Part shown: piece after piece, positions 53,805 through 62,888 of the stretch | How positions within the stretch are numbered: position 1 is the first letter of the stretch | Layout of the letters: every line of letters begins with the position of its first letter | The notes under the pieces: generated by a model | Database searches by the model: none | What the model saw: the letters and a program-made list of their open reading frames with translations, nothing else | Told to the model about the DNA's origin: nothing | IMG/VR virus record: IMGVR_UViG_3300044712_001509 | Coordinates: 1,279 to 65,278 of that record | Origin: a virus | Taxonomy: Duplodnaviria > Caudoviricetes | Length of the DNA: 64,000 nucleotides | Direction: 5' to 3' (one strand) | Position numbers and translations under genes: made by a program

Positions 53805-54349
53805 GGTGCCTCCCCGGGCTTGAGTGTGGGGCTCGATCCGGGCGTGGGCTGCGGCCCCCTCGGCGGCATCCCGCTGGCGATCAAGGCGATGTCGCCCATG
53901 GTCTGGGCGAGGTACCGCCACGCCTCGGGCCCGATCCGGTCCACCTGCGCCGGCCACGGGGCAAGCGCAGCGATGGAGGAGAGGGCTCGGCGGAGGTTCT
54001 GAGGCGTCTTGTAGAACGTCCCGGCGAGACGGCTCACGGGCGGGGACGGGGGAGAGGAGGGGGCGGCGAGTTCTCTGGCGATGCCGTCGTGGAGGGCGAT
54101 GCCTACCTCCCGTCGCACGAGCGCGAGCACCTCGCGGCGCCCCTCCTCGATGCCCTGGGTGTAGGCTGCCTGCGCGGCCTCCAGCGGGACCCGGAGGCTG
54201 ATACCGGCTCCGGGCGCGTCCTGCGGGGTCGCCGCGGGGGCAGAGTCCGGGGAGGGCTTGCACGGGAATCGCAGCCACGCCTCCACGGTGGCCCGCCTGT
54301 CGCCGCCGCGGTCCAGCGCGGCGAGCAGCTCGTCGATGCGGTCGATCAT
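53801..54349 (-). CDS. Hypothetical protein
   Basis: GAGGG RBS; ATGA coupling. Confidence 0.5.
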   Translation of the reverse strand: MIDRIDELLAALDRGGDRRATVEAWLRFPCKPSPDSAPAATPQDAPGAGISLRVPLEAAQAAYTQGIEEGRREVLALVRREVGIALHDGIARELAAPSSPPSPPVSRLAGTFYKTPQNLRRALSSIAALAPWPAQVDRIGPEAWRYLAQTMGDIALIASGMPPRGPQPTPGSSPTLKPGEAP

Positions 54350-54528
54350 GGCGTCCGTCCCTCTGCCGGCTCGGGCCGGCGCTCGTACTCGGTGCAGGCC
54401 GTCCCCCACCAGGTGGTGCCCACCCAGGCGACGACGTCCTTGGCGCAGGTGAGCTCCTCGTCCTTGCGGCAGAGGTGGGCGCAGGTGCCGCAGCACCGCT
54501 GGTCGGGGGCCGGGGTCCAGCTAGCCAC
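54346..54528 (-). CDS. Small Cys-rich protein
   Basis: CCGTCAH...C...C. Confidence 0.55.
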   Translation of the reverse strand: MASWTPAPDQRCCGTCAHLCRKDEELTCAKDVVAWVGTTWWGTACTEYERRPEPAEGRTP

Positions 54529-55057
54529 GGGGCGCCTCCGGGTCGTTTCGCCAATTCCGCCCGTTGTGGATCCACTGGACGGTGGTCCTCGCGACCCTAA
54601 ATCGAGCGGCGATCCGGCGCTGTCCGACCTTGCCCTTCAGCGCCCGGATCTCCGCTACCTGTTCGGCGGTGAGCTTCGCGCGGCCGTTCTCCTCGCCACT
54701 CAATGCGGGAACGAGGCCGAGGCTCCGGGCGTGAGCGTTGTTCTGCGGGACGGTGAGCCACTCGAGGTTCGCCACCGAGTTGTTCGTCTTGTCGGCGTCG
54801 ATGTGGTTCGGGTGGTGCTCAGCGGACGGCCGCGCGGGAAGGAACGCCTCCGCGACGAGCTGATGGACGAGGCGACGGATCTTCCGGTCGTCGCGGGAGA
54901 GATCGGCGTACTGGTAACCCTTCTTGTTGCGCTTCGCCGTGATGATGCGGCCTGCGACCGCTCCACGGCCTCCGGCGTCGCGCCGGATGCGACCGAGGTC
55001 AGACACGGAGTAGACGCCCTCCCAGCCCACGACGGGCCTCCATCGCTCACCGGCCAT
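54521..55057 (-). CDS. NUMOD4-HNH homing endonuclease
   Basis: ERWRPVVGWEGVYSVSDLGR; VHQLVAEAFL; NHIDADKTNNSVANLEW. Confidence 0.92.
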   Translation of the reverse strand: MAGERWRPVVGWEGVYSVSDLGRIRRDAGGRGAVAGRIITAKRNKKGYQYADLSRDDRKIRRLVHQLVAEAFLPARPSAEHHPNHIDADKTNNSVANLEWLTVPQNNAHARSLGLVPALSGEENGRAKLTAEQVAEIRALKGKVGQRRIAARFRVARTTVQWIHNGRNWRNDPEAPRG

Positions 55058-55979
55058 TGGGGAGCTCCCGCACGCGGAGGTCCGATGGCCATTCCTGTGG
55101 ATCAGCCCCCTTCCGGTCGCGCAGGGCGAGGCGGACCAGCCCGGCGGGCGCGCCGGGGCCGATGAGGGGCGCCGGGCCGCGAGCGCTCATCTCGCGCCAC
55201 GTCAGCTCGGGCATGACGGGCATCGCCCCGAGCTGCTTCACGAACGCATGCGCGCCGAACGTCCGGCAGCGGGCGACGAGAGAGCGGATCCACGCCACGT
55301 CGCAGGGTCGAGCTCCCGGCCCGCTCTCCCCGCCGATCGCCGCCACGTCGATGCCGCGGAGGTCGACGTCGCCCAGGTCCTCGAGGAGCGGCTCGAACGA
55401 GACCATCCGGCCGGCCGCCGGCGTCGCGCGCAGGTCGTCGATGTCGCCGCGCCGGTCGAGGGTGCCGACCGAGACGCCCACGGTGAGGTTCGTCAGGGAG
55501 CGGGCGAGCGCGTAGCCGTCGCCGCGAGGGGCGAAGCCGGCCGGCGTCGCGTGGCGGTCGCTGAGCCAGAGGCGGCCCTCGCCGTCGCTGTCCCATCTGA
55601 GCCGGGCGAGGAAGTCCCGCATCCTCGCCGCCCGCTTCGTCAGGAGGATGAACCGGTGGCCGCGCAGGCTCAGGCACGACCGGATGACGTCGATCACCTG
55701 GAGCACGTAGGCGTCCGGGAACGCCTCATGGAAGAGGTCGGACATCGAGTTGACGAAGATGGTCCGGGGCTTCGTCCACCGGAGGGGCAGGTCGAGGGCG
55801 TCCGGCACGGTGCGCGGGTCGAAGCCCTGCTCGTAGGCGTGGCCGGGGATGCCCCGCCACCGCTCGGCGAAGGTGCGCGCGTAGCACCTGGCGCACTCCG
55901 GCGCGCAGGGGGTACAGCCCCGCGTCGGATTCCAGGTCGCGCCGCCGTCGAGCCACTCGATCGAGCTCTTGTCACCCAC
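55047..55979 (-). CDS. DUF5131 (Gp37/Gp68-family) protein
   Basis: SSIEW, TWNPTRGC...CARCYA, FVNSMSDLFH, LLTKR, SFEPLL, GGESGPGAR. Confidence 0.92.
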   Translation of the reverse strand: MGDKSSIEWLDGGATWNPTRGCTPCAPECARCYARTFAERWRGIPGHAYEQGFDPRTVPDALDLPLRWTKPRTIFVNSMSDLFHEAFPDAYVLQVIDVIRSCLSLRGHRFILLTKRAARMRDFLARLRWDSDGEGRLWLSDRHATPAGFAPRGDGYALARSLTNLTVGVSVGTLDRRGDIDDLRATPAAGRMVSFEPLLEDLGDVDLRGIDVAAIGGESGPGARPCDVAWIRSLVARCRTFGAHAFVKQLGAMPVMPELTWREMSARGPAPLIGPGAPAGLVRLALRDRKGADPQEWPSDLRVRELPNGR

Positions 55980-56445
55980 GGTCGCCTCCCTTCAACGCCT
56001 CGAGCTTCCGGAACCGCTCCGGGACGGGGTATCCGTGCCGCTCCGCCCACGCCTTCACCTCCGCGAGCCACGCGAGCGGCTTGTTGTCGAACCCGAGTGG
56101 CCCCTGGTGGTGCTCGGGGTGCTCCATGACGCAGTTCTCGACGGACTGGAGTTGGCGGCGCTTTCCGCTCCCGCCGTCCAGGTGGCAGAGCTGCGCCTCC
56201 TCGGGGTGGAGGGGATGGCCGCAGAGCTCGCCGACGCCGGCCGCCCGCCTCTCGCAGTAGGCGCGGATCCGGGCGGTGTCGGCGGCGTGGCGCGCGGCCT
56301 TCGCCGCCTTCGCCTTGAGCCGGTCGGCGCGCCGCGGGGCGGTCCGGCGCTTGCGGGCCTGAGCCGCCGCGAGGACGCGAGCCGCTTCCGCCCTCACCCG
56401 TGGGTCGATGCTGTGCTGGTGGCGCTTCGCCTCGGCCGTTGTCAT
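55972..56445 (-). CDS. Degenerate HNH-like protein
   Basis: RAAGVGELCG...CHLDGG...ENCVMEHPEHH. Confidence 0.55.
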   Translation of the reverse strand: MTTAEAKRHQHSIDPRVRAEAARVLAAAQARKRRTAPRRADRLKAKAAKAARHAADTARIRAYCERRAAGVGELCGHPLHPEEAQLCHLDGGSGKRRQLQSVENCVMEHPEHHQGPLGFDNKPLAWLAEVKAWAERHGYPVPERFRKLEALKGGDRG

Positions 56446-56993
56446 GCGGCCCTCCCGGGCTCGGCGAGGCGGTTCACGGGCCACCCGAGCTTGATGCGCT
56501 GCCGGATCGCGTTCAGGGAGACGCCGGCGACCTCGGCCCACTCCGACACGAGGCGCCCGCCGTACCGGGGCGCCCGGCCCTGCTCGCGCTCGCGCCGGGT
56601 GCAGGCCCCGCACTTCTCGCCGCGGTCGTGGAGTTTGTCGCAGGGCACCACCCGTGGCGTCCCGCAGGAGCAGCGGAGCACCCAGCACCGGAGGGCGCGG
56701 CCGTTGCGGCGCTGGCGGTAGGTGACGCCCGTGACCGTCCACCGTCCGACCCGGGTCCCGATGAGGTTCGGGAGGCGCTTCTGGTAGCGCGGCTCGAAGG
56801 CGTCGCCGGCGACGGGGAGGGGCGGGATCCCCGCCGCCATGAGCATCCGCCGCTCGTCCTCTGCGTCGGCGGCATCGAAGCACGCGCGGCACGCGGTGAG
56901 CTCGGTCTGGGTCCCGTCGTCCTCCACGCGCCAGAGGGAGCGGGGAGGGATCGGGTTCACCGGGGTCCCGTGGCAGTAGTGGCAGCGCGTCAC
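56442..56993 (-). CDS. Hypothetical protein with endonuclease-associated domains
   Basis: GTRVGRWTV, WVLRCSCG, SEWAEVAGVS..IRQRIKLGW. Confidence 0.6.
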   Translation of the reverse strand: MTRCHYCHGTPVNPIPPRSLWRVEDDGTQTELTACRACFDAADAEDERRMLMAAGIPPLPVAGDAFEPRYQKRLPNLIGTRVGRWTVTGVTYRQRRNGRALRCWVLRCSCGTPRVVPCDKLHDRGEKCGACTRREREQGRAPRYGGRLVSEWAEVAGVSLNAIRQRIKLGWPVNRLAEPGRAA

Positions 56994-57223
56994 CGACGGA
57001 CCTCCTTGAGAGCGGCGGCGCGCGCCTCGCGCTCCGTGGCGCGGAACAGGAAGCAGACCTTCCCGGTGGACCGGAGGACCATCGCCTCGAACCCGTCCCG
57101 GATTGGCGGCCACTCGTCGCGGACCGTCTTAACGTGGACGATCCGAGCGGGCGGCGGCTTGGCGCGGGCTGGCGCGTGCGAGTACCCGAGATCCTCTCGG
57201 ACGGAAGTCCCGTCGGTCGTCAC
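56990..57223 (-). CDS. Hypothetical protein
   Basis: GGAGG RBS; GTGA coupling. Confidence 0.5.
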   Translation of the reverse strand: MTTDGTSVREDLGYSHAPARAKPPPARIVHVKTVRDEWPPIRDGFEAMVLRSTGKVCFLFRATEREARAAALKEVRR

Positions 57224-57432
57224 AGCGGATCCTCCGGGTCCCGGGTGACGAGGCGCGGGGTCAGCCCGCACGCGGCGCGCTCCAGAGCCGACGCGATGGA
57301 GCCCCCGAAGAAATGCCGCGGCCCCGCCGACGTGTGCACGGTCACGCACGTCGGCGACTCCAGGTCGTCGATCAGCACGCGGCGGCCGTGGGCGACGGCG
57401 AGCACGAGGTCGGTGGGGGTGGGGTCAGGCAC
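57220..57432 (-). CDS. Hypothetical protein
   Basis: GGAG RBS; overlap coupling. Confidence 0.5.
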   Translation of the reverse strand: MPDPTPTDLVLAVAHGRRVLIDDLESPTCVTVHTSAGPRHFFGGSIASALERAACGLTPRLVTRDPEDPL

Positions 57433-58699
57433 GAGCGGTCTCCGCCGGCGCGGCCGCGCCCTCGACCTGGCCGTCCTCGATCACCACCGCGTCGCCGGCC
57501 GGCCCGACCATCTCGAGCCAGACCTGGGCGCCCGCCGCCTCCGCCATCTCGCCCACCAGCGCGAGGGCGTCACCGTCGAGGAGGGAGGCGTCCCGGATCA
57601 GCGCGATCGGAAGCTTCGGGTGGGTCGCGAGCGCCACCGCCATCGACACCCGGAGCTGCTCCGACGCCGCGGCCTGCTCGAACGGCAGATCGTTGAGGAG
57701 CACCCCGTCGGCGGTGAACGAGAGCCCCGGGACTGGGAGCTTCGCTGCGGCGAGGGCGGCGGCCTTCTCGGCGTCCACCTGCTCGATCGCCTCGGTGAGC
57801 TGCGCGGCCTGCTCGTCGAGATCCAGGGCCTTTCCGGCGAGGGCGGCTCGCTCCTTCTTCGCCCGGACGGTGCGGTTCGTCGCCTCGATCTCCCGGAGCT
57901 TCCCGGGGATCTCGGTCATGTCCGGGTCGGTGAGGGCCTCGACCTCGGCCTTCGCCGCCTTCCCGGTGGTCCGCAGGTCCTCGAGGCGCGACCGCGCGGT
58001 GGCGAGGGCGGCCTCGAGCCGCTCGACCTCGGCCGCGGCCGCGTTGAAGTCGCCACCGAGCTTCCGGAGCCGGGCGCGGGCCTGGTCGTTCGCGGCGAGC
58101 GCGGCGGCGCGCCGGTTCTGCTCATCGAGGAGGTCGGCCGCGCTGACCTCGGCGTCGGGCGCCTCGACGGCGGGGAGGGTGGCGAGGCGGGCCTTCGCCG
58201 CGGCGAGCTCGCGGTTGACCTCGGTCCGCCGGTCATAGGCGGCCTGGCGCCGCGCGTCGAAGGGGGAGAGGTCCACCCCGGCGATCTCGCGGATGGTCTC
58301 CGCCTGCTTCTTCGGCTCGTACCGGAGGAACGCGAGGGGGTCGAAGGCGATCTTCCCGACGAGGGCGTCGAGGGTCGCCTGGGGCTTCTTGACGTTGAAG
58401 CCGTCCTTCCGGGTGAGCTTGAGGGTGGAGGTCACCGCGCCGTCGGCGGCGACGCGGAAGCGCCGCTCGACCACGAGGTCCTCGTCCATCTCGGCGCGAA
58501 GCAGGGCCTCCGTCTCGCCGCGGCGGATCGGCTCCCTCGGGCAGAGGCGCTCGCCGCCGAGGAGGGCGGCGATCCCGTCGAGGGTGGAACTCTTCCCCTG
58601 CCTGTTCCGGCCGGAGATCCGGACGATGGAGCCGTCGGGGGCGATGGAAACGGCGCGCAGCCGCTTGAAGTTCTGGGCCTCGAACCTGACGATACGCAT
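57425..58699 (-). CDS. SMC/Rad50-like AAA ATPase
   Basis: AQNFKRL, GRNRQGKSS, coiled coil, LIRDASLLD. Confidence 0.85.
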   Translation of the reverse strand: MRIVRFEAQNFKRLRAVSIAPDGSIVRISGRNRQGKSSTLDGIAALLGGERLCPREPIRRGETEALLRAEMDEDLVVERRFRVAADGAVTSTLKLTRKDGFNVKKPQATLDALVGKIAFDPLAFLRYEPKKQAETIREIAGVDLSPFDARRQAAYDRRTEVNRELAAAKARLATLPAVEAPDAEVSAADLLDEQNRRAAALAANDQARARLRKLGGDFNAAAAEVERLEAALATARSRLEDLRTTGKAAKAEVEALTDPDMTEIPGKLREIEATNRTVRAKKERAALAGKALDLDEQAAQLTEAIEQVDAEKAAALAAAKLPVPGLSFTADGVLLNDLPFEQAAASEQLRVSMAVALATHPKLPIALIRDASLLDGDALALVGEMAEAAGAQVWLEMVGPAGDAVVIEDGQVEGAAAPAETARA

Positions 58700-58710
58700 G
58701 GGGGTCTCCT

Positions 58711-60141
58711 CTACCGGTCGAAGTCGAAGGTCTCGGTGGTGGGCGGGCCGGCGCGGCGCGCCGCGGTGTCGTCGGGGGCCTTCCGCTCGCCGGCGGCGGG
58801 CGTCGGCGCGGCAGCGTCCCACCGCTGGGCGCGCATGGCGGCCTTCACCCCCTCGGCGCCGAGGGCGGACTTCGGCGGCGCCGAGGGGGTTGCGGCGGGC
58901 GGGGCGGGCGGGGGCGTCTGGTTCGCGGGCGGCGCGGCCGCGGCGCGGCGCTGGGCGGCGTCGGGCGAGTCGCAGTCGGCGGCGTGGGGCGGGTTGGCGT
59001 CGGCGCGCGTCCCGCAGCTCGGGCAGAAGGTGACCCGCTTCGCCGGCGCGGCGGCGGGGGGCTGCGCCGCCTGGGGCTGGGCGCCGGGCTGCGCCGGCGC
59101 GGCGGGCTCGCCCTGCGCGGGCGCCTGGGCCGCGGCGGGGGCCTGCGCGGGCGCGGGCGCGGGCGCGGCCGCCTGGGCGCCAGGGTTCCGCGCCGCGACC
59201 TCCTCGATCTTCTTCTGGACCTCGGGCTTGCCCTCGAGGATCTCGTCCCAGGTCGCGAGCCCCTCGCGCAGGGCAACGAACGTCCCGCGGAGCCGCTGGA
59301 TCTCCTTCGGCGTCCACTCGGCGCGGTCGTGGCCCAGGAGCTCGGCGACCATGTCGGCGTCCACGCCGATCGCGAAGAAGTTGTCGAGGATCTTCCGGCG
59401 CGCAGCGGAGGGCGAGACCGCCTGGTCCTGCTTCGCGAGCGTCGCGCGGATGGTCCGCTCCGCCTCGGCGCGGATGTCGGCGGGGATCAGCCGCTTCCCG
59501 GCCTCGCGGATCGCCTTCGAGGTGAGGGCGTTGACCTTGTCGAGGATCTCCTCGTCGGTCGCCCACCGGATATAGACGGGCTTCCCCCAGGAGTTCGTCC
59601 GCTGGCGGATGACGAGGTCCTCCTCGCCGCGCCGCAGGGACCGCCGCTCGACCGTCTTCTTGATCGTGACGTCGGTCGAGAACGCGACGTTCTCCTCCAT
59701 GTCCGCCACGGTGATCCGGACGATCCGCTTCTCGTGGTCGTCGTAGATGGCGGTAGAGGAGGTGTCGACGTTGCGGAGGATCTGCAGCGCGGCCTCGACG
59801 AAGCGGATCGAGAGCCCCTCGACGCCGCCGCCACGCCGCTCGTCGCCGTCCTCCTCATCGTCGCGCTTGCCGCCCATCGGCTTGCAGTACAGGGCCTCCT
59901 CGGAGAAGCCCGGGTCCTTGCAGAGGTTGAGGAGCCGCTGGCGGACCGACTCCAGGTTGCGCGGCTTGTGGTGCGCGATCGTGAACCGCGCCTCGACCAG
60001 GGCCTTCGCCTGGGCGGCGAGGACCATAGCGGAGGTCTCGTTCGTCGCGGCGACCGCGAGCGGAGCGCCGGGCGCCGCCGTCGCGAGGGCGGTCGTGGGG
60101 GTGTAGCTGCCGGCCTGGTTCGAGCCGTTGGTCTGGGCCAT
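58711..60141 (-). CDS. Putative recombination/ssDNA-annealing partner of YqaJ
   Basis: Adjacent to YqaJ; HKPRN...YCKPMGG...GLSIRFVE; Ala/Pro tail with a Zn ribbon. Confidence 0.6.
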   Translation of the reverse strand: MAQTNGSNQAGSYTPTTALATAAPGAPLAVAATNETSAMVLAAQAKALVEARFTIAHHKPRNLESVRQRLLNLCKDPGFSEEALYCKPMGGKRDDEEDGDERRGGGVEGLSIRFVEAALQILRNVDTSSTAIYDDHEKRIVRITVADMEENVAFSTDVTIKKTVERRSLRRGEEDLVIRQRTNSWGKPVYIRWATDEEILDKVNALTSKAIREAGKRLIPADIRAEAERTIRATLAKQDQAVSPSAARRKILDNFFAIGVDADMVAELLGHDRAEWTPKEIQRLRGTFVALREGLATWDEILEGKPEVQKKIEEVAARNPGAQAAAPAPAPAQAPAAAQAPAQGEPAAPAQPGAQPQAAQPPAAAPAKRVTFCPSCGTRADANPPHAADCDSPDAAQRRAAAAPPANQTPPPAPPAATPSAPPKSALGAEGVKAAMRAQRWDAAAPTPAAGERKAPDDTAARRAGPPTTETFDFDR

Positions 60142-60144
60142 GGG

Positions 60145-61155
60145 TTACTCCTCTCCCTTCGGGAGCAGCAGGGGCCGGTTGCCCGGCTTCGTGGTCTGGT
60201 ACGCCTTGCGGAAGGTGGCGAGGTCGACGCCTGCGCGGCGCGCGAGCTCGGCGAGCTCGGCGTCGAGGTCCTCCTGGACGCCGTCCTTGTTCGGCTTGAA
60301 GTGGACCTTCTTCCCGTTCGGGAGGATGAGCCCGTGGTGCTCGCCGATGGCGGCGCGGAGGTGGTTCCCCCAGAGCGCCTCGGCCTCCTTCCCGCGCTTG
60401 CCGACCGCCTTCGCCGCCTTGAGCTTCCGGTAGGCGCGGAGGATCGCCGCCTGGTCGGCCTCGGCGAGCTTCGAGACCTCGATGTAGTCGGAGAACCGCG
60501 GCTTCCGGGAGGCGAGGAACCGGGTCCACTCGTCCGAGCCGTCCACCGGCGGCGGGACGTCGGCGAGGACGTACCGCTCCATGAAGACGGTCGCGGCCTC
60601 GCGGGCGCCGGCGATGATCTCCTCGTCGCGCTCGGTCCGGAAGATCCCCTGCTCGCGCCCGCCGAAGAGGACCGCGAGGTCGGCGACCTGGGTCTCGGTC
60701 ACGTCCATCTGGACGTGGAGCTGGACGATGTAGCGGCCCGGCATCTCGTCCGTGAGGTCCTCGCCCCACTGGTCGTCGCGGAAGCCGATGTTCTTCGCGT
60801 CGACCGGGCGGCGGTCCCCGAGGCTCCACCGCGCGTCGAGGGAGGCGCCGAGGTACCGGCACGCCGGCGAGACGTAGAAGTCGAACTCGTCGACGAAGTC
60901 GATCGGCGCGCCGACCCGCTCCGAGTAGCCGATGAGGATCGGCCCCTGCAGGCGCTTGCCCCACTCCATCCACTCGGGGGTCTCGCCCTCCTCGACGGCG
61001 TTCTTCGCGTGGAGCCAGGCGGCCATCGGGGAGCCGTAGGCGCCCGGGAGGCCCATCACGGCCGGGAGCAGGGTGGAGGGGATGACACCGCGGCGCCTCT
61101 CGCGCCACTCGAGTTCGCGACGCTTCCTCTCGACGTCCAGAGAGACGACGGACAT
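60145..61155 (-). CDS. YqaJ/lambda-exonuclease family recombinase
   Basis: WRERRRGVI, MEWGKRLQ, GASLD, DAK, YIVQLHVQM. Confidence 0.88.
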   Translation of the reverse strand: MSVVSLDVERKRRELEWRERRRGVIPSTLLPAVMGLPGAYGSPMAAWLHAKNAVEEGETPEWMEWGKRLQGPILIGYSERVGAPIDFVDEFDFYVSPACRYLGASLDARWSLGDRRPVDAKNIGFRDDQWGEDLTDEMPGRYIVQLHVQMDVTETQVADLAVLFGGREQGIFRTERDEEIIAGAREAATVFMERYVLADVPPPVDGSDEWTRFLASRKPRFSDYIEVSKLAEADQAAILRAYRKLKAAKAVGKRGKEAEALWGNHLRAAIGEHHGLILPNGKKVHFKPNKDGVQEDLDAELAELARRAGVDLATFRKAYQTTKPGNRPLLLPKGEE

Positions 61156-61157
61156 GG

Positions 61158-61334
61158 TCAGTTCCTCGCCCGGCGGTCCTGCTTCACGCCGTCCCAGAAG
61201 TCCTCGGACATCGCCGACAGGCACTCGCGGCAGTAGTCGCTCCCGGGCTCCGCGGGCTTCGTGCAGCGGGTCGTCTCGCAGGCGCGGACCGCGTCGTCCT
61301 CGGCCTGCTCCCGGGTCTCCGCCTCGGAGTTCAC
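61158..61334 (-). CDS. Small acidic Zn-binding protein
   Basis: C....C...YCREC; GGAGG RBS. Confidence 0.55.
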   Translation of the reverse strand: MNSEAETREQAEDDAVRACETTRCTKPAEPGSDYCRECLSAMSEDFWDGVKQDRRARN

Positions 61335-61606
61335 GGCCGGGCCTCCCCGTAGAACGCGGCGAGCCCCGCCTCGACCTCGGCGGTGTCGCGCTCCATGTCG
61401 CCCAGTGCCTCGGCGTACTCGGACTCGATCGCCTCGGCGCGGCACGCGGGGCAGTCGTCCGCCGCCCGCTTCTCCTCGAGCAGCCGCGTGATCTCGGTCT
61501 CGATGCAGAGGACCGATGCGTACTCGTGCGCGGCGGCGACGGTCTGGCCGCAGCCGCACTCGCACAGGAACTCCTCCGGGACCACCACCAGCATCGCGCT
61601 CGCCAT
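61331..61606 (-). CDS. First gene of the PL operon, acidic Cys protein
   Basis: CECGCG, CPAC; GGGG RBS. Confidence 0.6.
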   Translation of the reverse strand: MASAMLVVVPEEFLCECGCGQTVAAAHEYASVLCIETEITRLLEEKRAADDCPACRAEAIESEYAEALGDMERDTAEVEAGLAAFYGEARP

Positions 61607-61754
61607 CGCTTCCCCCTGTTTCTGTTCGCGCTGCTCCGCGTCAGCCCGCCGCCGCGCTGCGCCCGGCGTCCACCGGGCTTCGCTTCCGGCTCGCTCGGCG
61701 GGTTGGGTGCTGGCGTCCGAAGACCGTCTCCCGTGCCGCTCCGCGATGCTGATA

Positions 61755-61789
61755 ATGTGCAGTATGCACATCGTCCGGACACTTTGCAA
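61755..61789 (-). promoter_or_regulatory. PL-like promoter with overlapping operator
   Basis: Minus strand TTGCAA-N17-CATACT; palindrome ATGTGCAGTATGCACAT at 61755-61771. Confidence 0.8.
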
Positions 61790-61886
61790 GAAGAAAAGCG
61801 GCTGGACAGGAACGGACGGTGCGTCGCCGGGCCCGAGTGGGGCCCGGGACGTCCGGTGACGCCCGGGGTGGTGAGACCTGCGGGGG

Positions 61887-62108
61887 CTAGTCGGAGACCA
61901 GCGCCCGGAGCGTCGTCAGCTCGGGCGCCAGGTCCTCCATCGCGGCAAGCAGGTAGCCTGCGGCCGTTCGCGCGTCGCCGCGCTCGGCATGGAGGTCAGC
62001 GAGGGCAAGGCAGCGGCGGAGTCCGTCCGCGGCGGTCCGGTAGTCCTTCAGGCCCTCCGCCGCGCGCTCCGGATGCGCAGTGGCGCAGGTCTCCCCCGTG
62101 ATCGACAT
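61887..62108 (-). CDS. Small helical protein downstream of the repressor
   Basis: LALADLHAERGDARTAAGYLLAA resembles 769-966. Confidence 0.5.
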   Translation of the reverse strand: MSITGETCATAHPERAAEGLKDYRTAADGLRRCLALADLHAERGDARTAAGYLLAAMEDLAPELTTLRALVSD

Positions 62109-62172
62109 GCGCGGCAGTCTACCGCACACCCCGGGCGGGATCGGAATGGGTCAAATCGCGTCACACCGCGCG

Positions 62173-62505
62173 TCAAGGCCGCCAGCCGCCTACTTTCCGG
62201 TCGCAGCTTTCCATAAGGGTCCAGTCCAAGTGAGGAAATCCAATGAGGGGTCGACCGGTCCTCTTTCTGAACCAGGCGGCCAGTTTCTCGAACTCGTCCT
62301 CGTAGAAGTGGGACCGGACGCCACGCATTTTCTGGGAGAACACGCTTTCGCTCAGCCCGACGCCGAAGGCGATCTCCTTCTGCTGGAGCTCGCTCCCTTC
62401 GCGGTCGCCAACCTCGAGGCGCATGCGTTCGATGTTCTCCACGGCGCGGGTGTAACCGGCCCCCGCGCGGGCCGTCTTTCCGGAAGGTGACACAGGTAGC
62501 GGCAT
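62173..62505 (-). CDS. CI-like HTH repressor without a peptidase domain
   Basis: LQQKEIAFGVGLSESVFSQKMRG; divergent from the Cro-like gene; start uncertain. Confidence 0.7.
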   Translation of the reverse strand: MPLPVSPSGKTARAGAGYTRAVENIERMRLEVGDREGSELQQKEIAFGVGLSESVFSQKMRGVRSHFYEDEFEKLAAWFRKRTGRPLIGFPHLDWTLMESCDRKVGGWRP

Positions 62506-62551
62506 CTTACGCACGCCTCGCCGCCGTCGTCGCCTGCGCCCGCTGTGCATG

Positions 62552-62585
62552 TTGAAAACCGTCTCCGGATGTGCATAATGCACAT
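62552..62585 (+). promoter_or_regulatory. PR-like promoter with overlapping operator
   Basis: TTGAAA-N16-CATAAT; palindrome ATGTGCATAATGCACAT at 62569-62585. Confidence 0.75.
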
Positions 62586-62587
62586 TC

Positions 62588-62869
62588 ATGGAGACCGGCG
62601 GCACCAACCTGTTCGGTACGACCATCAAGGCCGCGCGTGAGCGCAGGGGCCTCACCGGAGAGGACCTCCGGGAGCGCGCCGGCATCCACCCCACGTCCCT
62701 GTCGTTCCTTGAGCGCGGGCAGCAGGCGCCCACGTTCGAGCAGATCCGGCGGCTCTCCAAGGTGCTCGGGCTGAAGGTCGAGCGCCTCGCCGCCCTCGCG
62801 GCCCGCAGCCGGTTCGTTCGCCGCGGCGCCGGCCGTCCGGCGGGCCAGTCCTCCAAGCGCAGCGCTTAG
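62588..62869 (+). CDS. Cro-like XRE HTH regulator (probably leaderless)
   Basis: FGTTIKAARERRGLT..L.ERAGIHPTSLSFLERG. Confidence 0.85.
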   Translation: METGGTNLFGTTIKAARERRGLTGEDLRERAGIHPTSLSFLERGQQAPTFEQIRRLSKVLGLKVERLAALAARSRFVRRGAGRPAGQSSKRSA

Positions 62870-62888
62870 GCAGTCCGCGAGGCTCCTC

